NCBI GenBank assembly: GCA_030141605.1
Contig: JAQGDQ010000104.1
Span: forward strand, 310,001-374,000
DNA: 64,000 bases
DNA from: Tubiluchus corallicola
Lineage: Eukaryota > Animalia > Priapulida
Reading direction: 5' to 3'
Part shown: piece after piece, positions 36,021 to 49,890 of the stretch
Layout: each line of letters starts with the position of its first letter
Position numbering within the stretch: the stretch's first letter is position 1
Notes under the pieces: model-generated
The model's input: the letters and a program-made list of their open reading frames with translations, nothing else
Databases searched by the model: none
Told to the model about the DNA's origin: nothing
Program-made: the position numbers and the translations under genes

Positions 36021-38828
36021 TTATTTTTCAAAAAGTATATAAAAGATATTTAGTCATTGTTTCAAAATAAACATTTTACTATTAAGTCACCAAGGCAACT
36101 AACTTGAATTCTACGATATGTTTTAATTTTTGATTTTATTATGTTTTTGCTCTTGCATTGACACTTCATGTATTGAAATTGTAATTTTGTATATTATTTT
36201 GTTTTTATGTAAATGCGAAATGTTATAAAAGTAACTATTGTAATTTGCAAAAAATGAGCTTACCTTATCATTATGACATTTTTCTTAAAATGCCATGATT
36301 ACGAATTAATAGGAGTGATTCCCATAAGTAACAAGACAGATGCTGTGACAACACACTCTGATAACTAAGAAGCCAATCTCAGCTAATACACTCTCAGCCT
36401 CTTTTAATTCTGCGATCGCAAATTCAACGTTTTTATGGACAAAACGCGTTACTTTAACAAGTAAAGAGTGTTGATAATGACCATAGTAACGAGCTATGCA
36501 ATTAGTGTACATGCATAATTATTTGTGTATACATGCGCATTAAATAAGATGTCAAAGTCACTCTGCACAAATTAATGGCGTATTGTTAAAGAGAAAAATC
36601 AATCAATGTTAAAATGTGAGTAAGTCATTAATTTCTAAGATTTCTTTTCATTTGCCACAAGCTACACATTTCATTGTTGTATCAAAACACAAGGATTGTC
36701 AATACTTACCTTATAAAATCAGATCCATTAAACTAAGCAGAATGATAAACTTCCATTTAAATGCCAAGACGTCTACCAAGCATCTGTTACTCTATCACAG
36801 CCAAAACAGTGGTACAAATCTTTTTGATTGGTGAAAGTCACTAAATCAGTCACTTTCAACTTAATTTATTCACATTCATAACTCTATATTTCTTCCTAAT
36901 TTATTAAAGCCCAACAGTTTAATCGACGAAATTGCAAAGCAGAGCGATACGACGTAAAGCAACCTAAATTTTTTAGTAAAATGTTTTTTGAAGGAAATAT
37001 GCTCACCCATCTATTCATCACGCATATCTGAATATCTAGCGTTACAAATTTTTACCTGCATAGTGATGTTCGTGCAATGATTTGTGTAAAATAGCCCAGT
37101 AATGCAAACTGCTGTTACACAAAGTAAGGATACAATGTAATATTTGATTGTAGCTTCATCTGAATGCTAAAAATCATGGATGTTATGATTACATATGGCA
37201 GAATTCGTTTAGATTCGAAATTTTGAACAAACTTTGTGTCAGGAATCAAATCAGTTTAAAACTAATTAGTTGTTTTATAGTACTACATTAATTGCATTAA
37301 TATAGTATTATATTAATTAATTGCTACACTGTTGGAGTATTAATTTCAGAAGTATGAACTTGTGTACTAGTAAGAAATTAACCACTGAAGTTACAAAACT
37401 CACGAAACCAAGTTCAACTTGTTCAAGAGAATCTTTTGTTTGGGGAACTCAATAATTATGTGTTTTTTTCCAATAATTTACATCACGGCTCTATATTACT
37501 ATCAGCACGTCAAAACTGTCACGTCGTGCAACAGCCGCATACACTTGCTACGCTGGGTCAATTACAGTACAAGCGGCTAGCACACAAATGAACACACTTT
37601 CTTCACCTCTTTCCGAACGAAGACTTACCTCCGCTCTTGTAGGATTTCATCGAATTCTACTCATTGCCACAGCTGCATTCTGTAATTTGCATGATTTTAT
37701 GTTCTTCGTTAAACCACTAATGTGCTGGATTAACTTCCCTTGCGTCCAGTTGAAGCAATTTGCACAAGTCCCACAACTAAAATCTCATTTCAGTCATGGC
37801 AGCTGCTATGAAAGCTGAACACATAACTCACTTTAGTTCAATTATTCTTATGTCCACAAGACCGACTACCAGACAATGATAGTTCTTTATATCGTATGTG
37901 TCTGGTTTGAGCTTTGGTGTCTCTTGAAAGTGTTTTCAATTAATTTCGAAATACGTGCTTAAAAATGGAAAAGTATACAAGTAAGGTAACACAAACAACT
38001 TTTGGCTTATAGAAACGGCGTTGCTCACTAAAATAACAATAAATTTGCGCCAGCGGCATATTTTTATTTTAGTGCAAAGCTTGCAATGTTTGTACATAAA
38101 GTATACAGTTTTGACCAGGACAACCATTTTAACATATTACATGACTTTTTAAAAAAAGGAATCAGAGAATGACATCAAGTACTGGTACATTTCTAGAATA
38201 GGACACTATACGAAATAGTGTTCCACAAGGCACAATTCTGAGGCCTTAATTTATTATTTAATATAGACTTAAATGCGAGTCCAGCTATAATTAGTATTTA
38301 CTCAATAACTCAAGGGGTTGACGACATGAACTACAACCATTGTAATCCAAATATAGTCATAAATATCTCAGGCAGGAAAATAATATTATTATAAATTTTA
38401 TATGTATAATAAGGCAAACTTCAGGCACACATATGACAACTAAACCTGGTCGTTTTAAAAACATGATAATTTTCAATTTCCGGTAATTTTTTGTGACAGC
38501 AGATGAAATTCTAGCGAAATTTCTTTGTGAAACTTTGCGTGGGATAATATTGGCGGCCTTATAAATTGGTTTCATTTGTCCGTATTTACGTCACAACACC
38601 GCAAGTTTGTGTCAGAATGGCTTGCAAGTGGATGATTAAGCCAGACCTTGGTACAAGCTGCAAGGTGAGTATTTCAACAACATTTGGAAGCGTCGCTGAA
38701 GACTTTTGTGCGACGACTGGAACAGTTCTTAGCAGTTGCATCAGAACTTATCTAGATTTAGTTGTCAGTTGTTTTATTAATGTTTAAAAACTCCTAAGCC
38801 TACTCTGAAGCCCAGTAATGATGGTGTT

Positions 38829-38944
38829 TTTGTTGCTCATATCACGTTGAAAACACCGGTTCTCGTCTGATCACCGAAGTTAAGCAACGTAGAGCCTGGT
38901 TAGTACTTGGATGGGTGACCGCAGACAACCAGTGCTATAGGCTT
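38829..38944 (+). pseudogene. 5S rRNA-derived sequence (SINE head, not a functional 5S gene)
   Basis: catatcacgttgaaaacaccggttctcgtctgatcaccgaagttaagcaacgtagagcctggttagtacttggatgggtgaccgc matches animal 5S rRNA including box A and box C; the 5' end and 3' helix are altered and no oligo-T terminator follows. Confidence 0.85.
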
Positions 38945-39377
38945 GCGGGATGCCCACACTGTATATCAACACTAGGCGGAGGAGCTGCACAAGCAAACAA
39001 CGTCTAGAGGGCGGAGGAGGTCAAGTGACCCAACGGCCATGTGTAGTGGAGTAAACCTTCCAAATCAGGAATGGAGCCCTGAAGGCGGACCAGTGCAGCA
39101 TGCTCACTGACTCCGGCAGCTCCTGCAGCCAACCTGGTGCCAAACGTATCGCTCCGCTTTCCCTTGGACTACACCAGGGAGGAAGAGAGGGGGTTCCTTT
39201 TGCTTGGGCAACTCAGGATCTCCATACACCTTGCTCAGGCGCGCGCCCTGGAGAGGCCATTCCAGTGGTTCAAGGATCGGACTGCTCAGCCACAGTCGAC
39301 GCTGCAGCTCTATCAATGTGATCAATAACTGACTCTCCACACTCCATTGTCTTCCGAGACAGAAGGATGCCAACAAC
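38829..39377 (+). mobile_element. 5S-headed (SINE3-type) SINE with RTE-derived body and tail
   Basis: After the 5S head comes a GC-richer body with ggcagctcctgcagccaacctggtgccaaacgtatcgctccgctttcc, ending ctccattgtcttccgagacagaaggatgcc-aacaac. I recall both motifs from RTE-clade 5' UTR and 3' terminal sequences. Confidence 0.65.
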
Positions 39378-39968
39378 TAGTAAGTAGGCCTACATTGTGT
39401 GTGTCAGTAACCTATTATGTTAATCACACCTTTATGGAGTCTAATCATGTACGATGCATTCATGAAAGGAAGGAGTAGCGCCTAAGCCCCCTGGGAAGTT
39501 AGGCTTATTTTGGGGAAAATTTTAAAAGTATTTAATAATAAGTGTGACATGTGCCTCGTGCAATTAGTAAAATCGCTTTAAAGTCACGACCACTTCACGC
39601 TTGGTGTTCGCATTTTGAACTCTCATTCTCATTCTTCCAGCAATGACATCATTCACCGACTGAAGAAAAGAAGCGCATTGTTAATTTCTGTGATAAGCTA
39701 GACGGCTAATTTTGCATGATCATTTGGTTTTCTGCAGAAGTTTGAATTAGTTTAAGCAGCGCGCGGTTAAGGACAGCCACTGTGTGCTCACGAGAAGACG
39801 CTCAGTTCAACAGTTACGTCTCATTTTCAAGTGAATGGCAGTTACCACCGCGCCTGAAAATTTCTACACAGTGGTAATATAAATTAGTTTTATATTTTTA
39901 GACAGTTATTTGGAAACCGTCTATATTATATATTTCTAACTTTAAATGCCAACAGTAAAAAACACCGA

Positions 39969-40455
39969 TCATGCTAAACGACTTATCATGCTTAACGACT
40001 TATCATGCTTAACGACTTATCATGCTTAACGACTTATCATGCTTAAACGACCTTCCCTTTAAATCAAAATGTCGAGTTGTTAAGTCAAAATTTGGAATTA
40101 TTAAGTCGGAATTTCGTAATACTGAGTCGAAATTTCGAGTTACTAAACTTAGTTTTTGTTTTTACTATGTCCTTAACAAGCTACCGTAGTTGTGATAAAT
40201 TTAGTTTTTGTTTTTGCTATGTCCTTAACAAGCTACCGTAGTTGTGATAAATTTAGTTTTTGTTTTTACTATGTCCTTAACAAGCTACCGTAGTTGTGAT
40301 AAATTTAGTTTTTGTTTTTGCTATGTCCTTAACAAGCTACCGTAGTTGTGATAAATTTAGTTTTTGTTTTTGCTATGTCCCTAATAAGCTAACGTAGTTG
40401 TGATACATTTAGTTTTTGTTCTTGCTGTGTCCCTAACAAGCCACCGTAGTTGTGG
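39969..40455. repeat. Three abutting minisatellites: 17-bp x5, ~21-bp x4, 52-bp x6
   Basis: atcatgcttaacgactt; gtc..aattt.ga.tt..taa; ttagtttttgtttttactatgtccttaacaagctaccgtagttgtgataaat. Confidence 0.9.
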
Positions 40456-41495
40456 AACCTCTACTTTGTTCATCGTTAAACTTTTTCTTGACTAGATGCG
40501 GTGGCATAAAATTGGTTAAATTTCTCGGCAACGAATGATTTCCATATGCGGTAGACTACAAAACTTCTTCGTATACAGAATTAAATAGGCTATAAACCAC
40601 AGTCGCTGTTTTGATGGTATTATCTGAGTCAGTCACACTCACAAAAACCGTATCTGGCCTTTTAACGGATACGCAGCATCAAAGACGCAGTATCACACTT
40701 TAATACGCAATAAAAGTAAACGATAAAATTTAAATAAACCAGCTGACTGATGGTTTCGAGGATCGGACGGACGGACAGACAGGCAGACTGGCTTGCCAAA
40801 CTTTTCCTTTGCCACCTTTTAGATATTATCCGTAATGGCACAGCAATAAGTTTTATTTTCACTGCCTCGGTAGTTTTGAAACAGGTAAATTTGAAGCCAT
40901 AAATGTACCAATTTTAGAAATTTTAATGACGTGCTGCCTTAGTCACCATGGCAACCATTTTTACTACAGAACTAGTGCTCAGACCCCGCCTGCTATGCAA
41001 GTTTGGTTGGAGTCAGAACAACGGTTTTTGAGAAAAGGGTGAACAGACAGATCAGTAGACAGATGTGACTAAAATAAGGGTCGCCTAAGACGAGCCGTCG
41101 AACCAGCTGATTGATTTAATAAAAACACTTCAGACTTATTTTGAATTTTCTAACAGAGATTTTAACAAGTGGTTGAATATTTACAACTAGAAGATGGCAG
41201 TTTTTCAAAAAGTCCTTTAGACACCTAATTATAAGAAACTTGACTAGAATTAACGGCAAGCGAGTGGAAAAACAAAGTCAAATAAAGATTTAAAATGACC
41301 CGAGAACTAGTAATTATATAAATGTGACCTGAGGATGGTATATACAAGTATAAAACTAAACACGTCGCAAAATAGAACCAAGAAAATAAAATTTTTGTTT
41401 TTTTATGGTAGCAAGAAAACTAATTAATAATGTTTGCCCATTGCCACAACCTTTTTGGTTTTTAAATCATTGTGAATAAACAGGTATGGTCACCG

Positions 41496-41632
<137 letters not shown>

Positions 41633-42344
41633 TTCTTCCTTCCTTTTTCCTTTCTTTCTATTTTCCTTCATTCCTTTCATTCTCGTTTATTTATTTACAT
41701 ATTTTCTTATTTATTTATTTGTGCAGTTTGTTTAGTAATGACTAGAATTGGCTTGATTTGAACATCTACCGTTAATTCAAGATTTGAAAAGTTTGAACAG
41801 TGTGCTTCAACTGAAGAATAACACTCACCCAGAGTGCTTAAACCTTATACCTTGCGCGAAATACGTAAGGAGGATAAACCTCTGACATTCGCACGGTAGT
41901 TCTTGTATAATTTTGTTCACCAACACGTACTGGGCAAGACGGACGTACTGAGAGACGGACAGGCCACTGAAAGTGTAAGTCACGGAATTCATCACCTCCC
42001 TACGTTTGTAGAAAATTTGAAAACTTGTGCAGTTGAAAACAGCTGATTCGCGGCGTCGATTGATCTGGAAACTGCTGAAAATACACAGTATCCGTCATCA
42101 GTATCCTTACATTTGTGCAAATTTTGTAAATTTCTATAATTGAGAACAATTGCTTGATGGTGTCTGTTGATGCAAAATTATACAAATAATGCCAGAATTC
42201 CAGGTAACAATTCCGAAGGATTATAAACGCTCAAAAAAGGCAACCCAGTGTGACTGACGGACACTTCATGCCTGCTATGTGATGATGTGTCGCCTGCTTG
42301 GCTGACTCGTCGGGTATGCGACCAGGGTTACAGTAAAGAGAACC

Positions 42345-42675
42345 TGTTAAATTATGTTAAAAGCAGTAGATTATGATAAATAATTATGTTGATAGATGCT
42401 GGTATGATAAAGCCAGTTAAAGAGTGGTGGCACGTGATTACGTGATCGAGGAATTGAGACAGCGGGACACCGCGCACGATATATAAGGCGTGCTGGGCCT
42501 CCAGCTGGAAAAATTAGATTCAGATTAAGTCTGGGAGCCGGAGCGTACAGACCGTTAGATCAGGGGCCTTTGGCATTGCTATTTATTATATTTATTGTGT
42601 TTAATAAACGTGTCATTTTATAATCAGACTTTTCATAGCTTTGCCATTCCTAAAGCATCAATAAGCAGCTACACA
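42345..42675 (+). mobile_element. Probable solo LTR (~330 bp)
   Basis: Starts TGTT and ends ACA; internal TATATAAGG (~42480) followed by AATAAA (42603); flanked by gaacc / caacc (5-bp target duplication with one mismatch). Confidence 0.5.
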
Positions 42676-43439
42676 CAACCAATAAAACGCACTATACAAC
42701 GAAATTAATTTTACTGTTATGACCTGATTGGGTATGCCCGTACCCAACTTGAACATACTCCTGAAGCAAATTTCTTAAATAAACTAAAACAGCTATCTTT
42801 TGTTTGTCAATGAAAATATTCTTTAAGAAATATCGCCACTTCTGCTATCCATTGCAAATTAAATTAGTACATAATTCAACACAACCATAGAGAAAAAAAG
42901 ATTTTTTACCAAATGTTTTACTAAAGCTTGAGGACTCCATGCTTTAGAGGTCCTAGGCTGCGACCTATATTAGCCTATAAGATATTTGGCTTTGCATGTG
43001 ACGCACATTTGTTTACACATATCTGACAAACAAGACATTTTAACCCCGCGTAGCGAAGATTAGATTATGCGTAATTTAATATTTGCTGAAAACACTGGAG
43101 TTAAGGTTGTAAGCGTTTTTCAAAGAAGCCAACTAGGCAACTGCTAATAGGCAACGAGTGAGTCCATTTGCAACAGTTTAAACATTGTGAGGCTTCCACA
43201 ACTACTTACTCACGCTGAAGATGCTGGTTTTTTCCCTAATGACCGTAATAATGGTATTTTGGTCACGCCATGGGCATTAAACATTTCGCTGTTCATAACA
43301 GAGTGATTTTTCGAAATTGTCGTGATGATGGTTAATGATACCTTGTGGCAACTCTGCGAATTTCTTGCGCGATTTTTGTTTGTGTGTCAATGAACGGATG
43401 TCTTCTAGGTAACAAAACTGCAACAGAGGAAAAGCGCAA

Positions 43440-44292
43440 CAGCGATCAGCAGCAAGCAGTAGTGATTGCGACGATAACGGCAGCTGCATCAGCAACAGCG
43501 ACAGTAGGAAAAGCAGCAGTAGTGACAAATGAACAGCAAGAGTAAAAATAACGGCAGCAGGAGCAACAACAGCAACAATAGCAAAAGCAGCAGTAGCACC
43601 AGAACCAGAAAAATAGTACCAACTGCAGCAGAACAACATCACTACACAGCAACAGCAGTAGCAACAGCAATTACACAACAACTGGAGCAGCAGCAATAGC
43701 AAATACAGCAGCAACAGCATTAGCAATAGCTCCAGCAACAACAACACCAGCAGCAGCATTAGCAACAGCACCACCACCAACAACAACAGCTGCAGCAGTA
43801 ACAACAGCATTAGCAATAGCTCCGGCAACAACAACACCAGCAGCAGCATTAGCAACAGCAACAGCAATAACAACAGTAGCAGCAGTAGCATTAGCAACAG
43901 CACCACCAACAACAACAACAGCAGCAGCTGCAGCAGTAGCAGTAGCAACAGCATTAGCAATAGCTCCAGCAACAACAACACCAGCAGCAGCATTAGCAAC
44001 AGCAACAGCCACAACAACAGCAGCAGCAGTAGCATTAGCAACAGCACCAACAACAACAACAACAACAGCAGTTGCAGCAGTAGCAATAACTCCAGCAACA
44101 ACAACACCAGCAGCAGCATTAGCAACAGCAACAGCAACAGCCACAACAACAGCAGCAGCAGTAGCATTAGCAACAGCAACAGCCACAACAACAGCAGCAG
44201 CAGTAGCATTAGCAACAGCACCAACAACGACAACAACAGTAGCAGCAGCAACATCAGCTCAGCAACGGCAACGGCAACGGCAGCGGCAATAG
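43440..44292. repeat. Complex (CAG/CAA/TAG) trinucleotide array with higher-order repeats
   Basis: Recurring block gcattagcaatagctccagcaacaacaacaccagcagcagcattagcaacagca; it produces the poly-Leu and Ala/Val ORFs. Confidence 0.9.
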
Positions 44293-45844
44293 TAGGCTGC
44301 ACCCACATTGATACTTTGACATCCATATTTCATCCACTCATAATTACTTCTTGTAACTCTCAGTCTAACTACAGTCATTACACAGTCACTGCCACACTGC
44401 TACTCTGAGCGTGAACTCTAACAACTTTAATTCCTCGTGATTTCCAGCCGTGATCGCAAATCTAATGAAACACTGGCATTGAAGAAAACACGAATTATCC
44501 ACCAAAATCTATTTGATGTGTTGCTCTTACAACTCACTAGTAGGGATTAACTCTTTGTTGTTCCGTCTGCGAACCACTTTCTTGATGTCTTTGCAACTAC
44601 GCAAAATGAACGTGAGGGATTAATCTTCAGTAACTACGAAGTTATAGCGCTGGGACGTTGTATACGTTTTTATTATTTGTTTTTTAATTTCGTGAAGCGG
44701 TTCTATGTAGCCAAAATGTTAGTAAAGCTTTAAATTCAGACATCTTTTCATAGATAGCAATCAGCACAAATATTTATTGGAACATTGATAAACTTACCAA
44801 TGGACGTACCGAGTACCATCTGCATGAAACATGATCATTTTCTCTAAAGATTAACTAAAATTTGCAACATGTTTTGACTCGTACAAAATGACAGCAAAGT
44901 TATCCTTTCATAGCACACAGATGAGCTGTTTAATTGCAAAATTTTATTACTAAAAAGTTCTCACTGTAAAGAAATAAAAATAGACACCACTTCAGTATAG
45001 TAATGTATGGACAATATATGAACAGGCAAAGTGAAAAAAGAACAAAAAATCACGATGTTGAGCTGAAATTCTGAATTATGATTTTTGAAGACCAAGAAAA
45101 ACTTACAATTACATGGAATAAGACGAAAACAGACATCTGAGGACGAGAACTAGTGTTAATAACATCACAGGTATCAGTGACATAACCGTATTATTAGAAT
45201 TACTATGGTTTTCCAAGCGGTTATTGTTTTTTGCCTTTGTAATGCTACAAAGCTGTATTAATTTTGCAATAGGCTATCACTTGGAAATGTTAAGTTTAAG
45301 ATAAATAGAAAAAAGCTAAAATTGGAAACTTGATAATAGAATTGTACATGAGCAATAGCGCAGAAATCAGCTTGTACGTTTGGGATCGTCTCCATATCAC
45401 CCTCTGTAATGCAATGGTGATCACACAGAATGGCTTTGACAACTTCGAGATCAAAGCCCCTGTTGTCAAAAGCTTTATTAAATTTTGTACTTGGTTGGGG
45501 CTTAAATATTTTTCTGCTAATGATTGCATGACGACAATGCCAACATGACCAGTTGATTTCTTCTCGAGCGCTAGCGCACAATAAACGATAATGTTTCCAG
45601 TGGATGATGTAGCTATTTTATTTACATTTTTCCATTGTAATAGATATTTAATAATAGCTCTATTACTTTCTGACTGAGCGGTCATTTTGCTTTTAAAACG
45701 GAAGGAAAAACAATTCTAAAGTTTGTCCCAAGAAATTTTCTGTACAAAATTGTTTTATTTTGCTTTAAATTCACCTGCATGAAGAATGTATGTAACAAGA
45801 AGGCAAAATTCTTAGTACTTTAAAGAGATCGTGCTAACTGACAA

Positions 45845-48730
45845 AACGTCACTGACTCACTTTCCCAGTGTGCACCACTGACTCACTAGAAGAGCTAATT
45901 AATCCTATTGATAAGATGAAGTAATTTATACTTTTGCATTGTTAATGTTCTGTGCGCTACAAATGCTCAGATGGTTTTCCAAACTGTACAAGTTATCTAA
46001 AATTATTGTTTTAAAAGATCTACCATCAAAAAATCTGCGCCTGCGGTCGCCACGGGAATTAAATGTTCAAATTTATACAGCGCGGCTGAAAGATAAGTAA
46101 CGTACGGAAAAAGCAGTATGTTAATTCAAGACAACTTTTAGCTTTATATAAATTCTTTTATATAAGGTCCTTTAACAAAGTTCAGTCCAAACAGAGTCAG
46201 AACTAGCATAACACGTCACAATATTAGCTGCACAATGAATCTGCATTTAAGTTCCATGTACAACATTGTATTTGATGAAACAACATTGTGCTATTTTTGC
46301 AACTTCAAATATCTGTTGAACAAAGTGCCATTTCATAGTAATCAGTCAATAAGGTAGGAAAGCGGAACAGAAATTCTTCAACTCATTGCCTAGTCATTAT
46401 TTACACATTAGTGCTATACTTGACTTTAAATCGCTACCGCCGCTTCACCACGCCTCCAGCAATGGTGTGTCACGTGATGTCACGTCAAGGTCACGGTTGA
46501 GTGGTTTCACTTTCCCTGCCAAACTACGAAACTGGGCTTCCTTGTTGATAAGCAGTGTGGCCTTGATTTCGGAGTTTTGTTTGTAAATAAACTAACGCGA
46601 TCGCTGTGTAAACAATTTTGAAAATAATGGTCATAACTGATTTCTGAAGACACAGCAGTTTTTAGACGTAAGAAGTACAACATGCAACATCATTGCGTCT
46701 ACAACTAACTGATTCTCTGAAGTCATAAATTGCAATTTGAACAGCATATAAGTTTTATAAAATGCTTTCACTGTTGAGATTTCCGAATTTCATTTTTATC
46801 AGTGGTTAAAAACTCCATATTTTAATGTCTAAAGATTATAGAGTATAAAAAATTATAGAGTATAATGTCTAAAGTATAAAAGTGTAATTTATTTATTTTC
46901 TTATTTTATTTAAAATTCATTTCAGTACCGTATACCAAAAACGAATGCACAAAATAGATTTACAAATTAAAGGTGATTTCTACATGCAAGGGTATATATG
47001 AAAAGTACAAGGTTTAAAAACTTAAACTAAAACATGAATTGTTAGTAATAAAGACCAACAAAAAACAAATCAGATATAAAGAAAGTATCAGAACTATTTA
47101 GAATATTTATAAAAAAATTGTTACTACTGGATTAAAATGCTTGCTATTTGTTGTGCATGGATTTTCAAATATTACTTTTAAATGGGAACAGTCGTTTAAA
47201 GTAATTTTTAGGCACGATTGCATAGTCGAGTGGTCACACCATTGTGCTTGAGGACCAAAGTTAAGACAGCACCGAGGTTAGTCAGCCAATAAAAGTGCGT
47301 AAACCTGGTTCAATCCTCACTCTAGGCAGTTTCATTAGCTATGCTGACTCAGGTGTATATGGGAGGACGTGTTTACACCCGAAAGTGGCTAAGACACATC
47401 TACCAGTTTGATGCCTCATAGTAACGTTGATGATGAGTCATGTTCCGGTTGCGCTACATACATGCAAAATGAGGCAAAACGAGGTTGAATTATGTATTCC
47501 TATTTGCAGTCGATTGAATAGTATGAATAGCATATGCCTACATTGCTCTACTACGCTAGTTCAGGTACAGCTTGTTTACATAAATATTGTAAACACGCAA
47601 AAACACTGTGCTTTTATTTATGACCCATGAAACAGCTATCACTGTTTACAATTGACCTGTGGTTGTAGCTCATAACCTTCCAATGAATGGGAGTCCTGTT
47701 TCCATTCTTCGAGTCTTTTTGCAAGTACTGTCTAGCTCACATTGAAGGTCAAATTCAGCACGTAATGCAGGAACGAATTTTGTATGTGATTGCAATTAAT
47801 GCTTGTGGCAGAACTGAAAGCTAGCTCATTGTCAAGGAAAGTCTTTAAGACAAAGCACTATAGCAACAGAGGTGTCACAGCCATGTAAATGTGTCTGCCT
47901 CAACTCAAAGAAGAAGACAACCAGAACTCAAAAAGATTATTGAAGTAACACAAAAACCAGTCTTAAACCTGCAGTTACTCATCCATTCACCAACTAGTTT
48001 TAATGCTGCTTAATTTCGATCGACAACCACACCATGATTACTTCTTCCCAATTTATGCTGCTACGGTTACTTGCTGGGCAACACTTCAACCGAATGAACT
48101 AGTTGAAATTAATCGTGAAAGTAGGTTCCACAGTTACGCAATGTTGGCTCAGGTGCATAGCTACAGATGGGTGACTGACCATGTTCCAATCTGTGACTAT
48201 AATTTGTTCTTTAATTACGAAGTACAGTAAATGAAGTCTTCAACACCTGCGAGTCCAAATTTTCTTTTCAGTCTAAGTGTTTTTCCATAAATCAATTTCA
48301 TTTCGTTCTTCACTGGAATTTGTTTATACTGTGCATAAATGTTCTGAAAAATCTTACTGATCTATAAATTACACTAAAGTATAACATGGTGATAACGATG
48401 GTGGCTAGTTTTGTAGTCACACGCATATAATTTTCCGCAAGAATTGCCTGAGCAATAACAATAGGTATTTTTGTGCAGTTTTTACTCATAGTAATGATGG
48501 TTATGACTAGAATCTAGCAGTATGATTCGCCAAGACATTGCTTAACATCATTTCAACCATATTCGGATTTAGGTTTATTCTCCTTTAATGAGAAAAATAG
48601 CATATATAGTCAGATGAAAACTGGCCAGAAACTATTTCCCAAGCACCAGTTTCTTGGTAGACAGTGGCAACTCAGCTATTATATGCCTCTCTAGTCTCTC
48701 CCCAATCGAATTTACTGCGCGAATGATTAC
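45845..48730. repeat. Older segmental duplication, copy 1 (copy 2 at ~50515-53890)
   Basis: Collinear matches such as gatgaaacaacattgtgctatttttgcaacttcaaatatctgttgaac (46274 and 51447) and cttgtttacataaatattgtaaacacgcaaa (47571 and 52744). Confidence 0.85.
47220..47400 (+). mobile_element. Possible tRNA-derived SINE head (second copy ~52355-52530)
   Basis: A-box-like tagtcgagtgg and B-box ggttcaatcc (ggttcgattc in the copy); no complete cloverleaf. Confidence 0.35.
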
Positions 48731-49890
48731 GGCATCTTTCGTTAATTTACAAAAACGTCATCATCCCTTAAAATCGCTGCAGATTAAAATTTTTCAATTC
48801 TGCCAGCGAAGAACGCTCTGGATTAGAGTAGCTAATGAAGCGAAGATTGCATCTGAAAGCTTCTTCAGCCCAATCGCATTCGGCCGCAGGTGAATTCTGC
48901 ATACTGATAAGTGAGCCTGTAATAATCATCCGTCACATTTCTCAACTGCCATTCAGTAGAGTGTAGACCTCTGCCAAATCTCTCGGCAGGTAATGTATTA
49001 AAAACTACACCACGGAGTTTAACAGTATATACGGAGCGTTTTTTTAACACAAAAATGCATAACGCATATGTGGCGCGGGAACACTTCAACAGCGAGGCGA
49101 TAAACCATAGATGATGATATTACGTCAAGCAGAAGATAGCTTTATTGTTATTATCGACGTCATAGATATGAAGGACACATTGTACCCTTTTACCCGCTAG
49201 CCGTTGGATGGCGCAGCGTGTTAGGCGGCAGTAGGCAGAGAAAATTTCTCTACGGCTATTGTAGCATTATTCTCTGCACAGGCGTATTAAGCAATAGGCT
49301 AACTAGGCGCCAAAATTTGAGGAGCGTCACATCTTAGAAAAAAATCTTATTCTCTTCAGAAAAGGTGTTTAGTTTCATATTCATGTAAAGGGCAGATATT
49401 AAAACACACCACGGGCATTTACCGAGCACAGCTTTTATGTAAGTGCTACATAACGAACAAGTGCAACGTATTACACAACAAGCAGTTGTGCGGCCTGCAT
49501 GAATATAAGGCACATGCAAATATATGTAATTAATGATGGCCACATAGAAACTAGGTTAATTGTGCAACACCTGTGTACGACTTCTATTACATGTGCATGC
49601 TTTTCCTAAACAGATCTACAACCTTTTCAGATGAAAAGGAAAATGCAGTTTCTATTTGTCTGCTCTTTTATACTGAGGTATTATGTCCTTAGTGATTTGA
49701 TATTGACTGATTAACTAAAACTGAGTATTTAATGTGCATATATCAATTAATATAATGATGTTGTCAATTAATAGTTTAAAGCAATAACAAATTTACTGTA
49801 TAATAAATATTACAGTATCTTTCGGAAAAATTAACAAATGGAATTATGTACGATAAAGTTTGTTCAATTAACAGCAAACAACAGACATAG

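Noticed and set aside
38566-38670. Candidate exon ending CAAG|GTGAGT as a further receptor exon
   Set aside because: The open frame (MACKWMIKPDLGTSCK) has no GPCR motif.
38829-38944. Functional 5S rRNA gene
   Set aside because: Altered 5' end and 3' helix, no oligo-T terminator, single copy fused to a retroelement-like body.
43277-44326. 349-aa poly-Leu ORF
   Set aside because: Antisense reading of a CAG/CAA repeat; no domain content.
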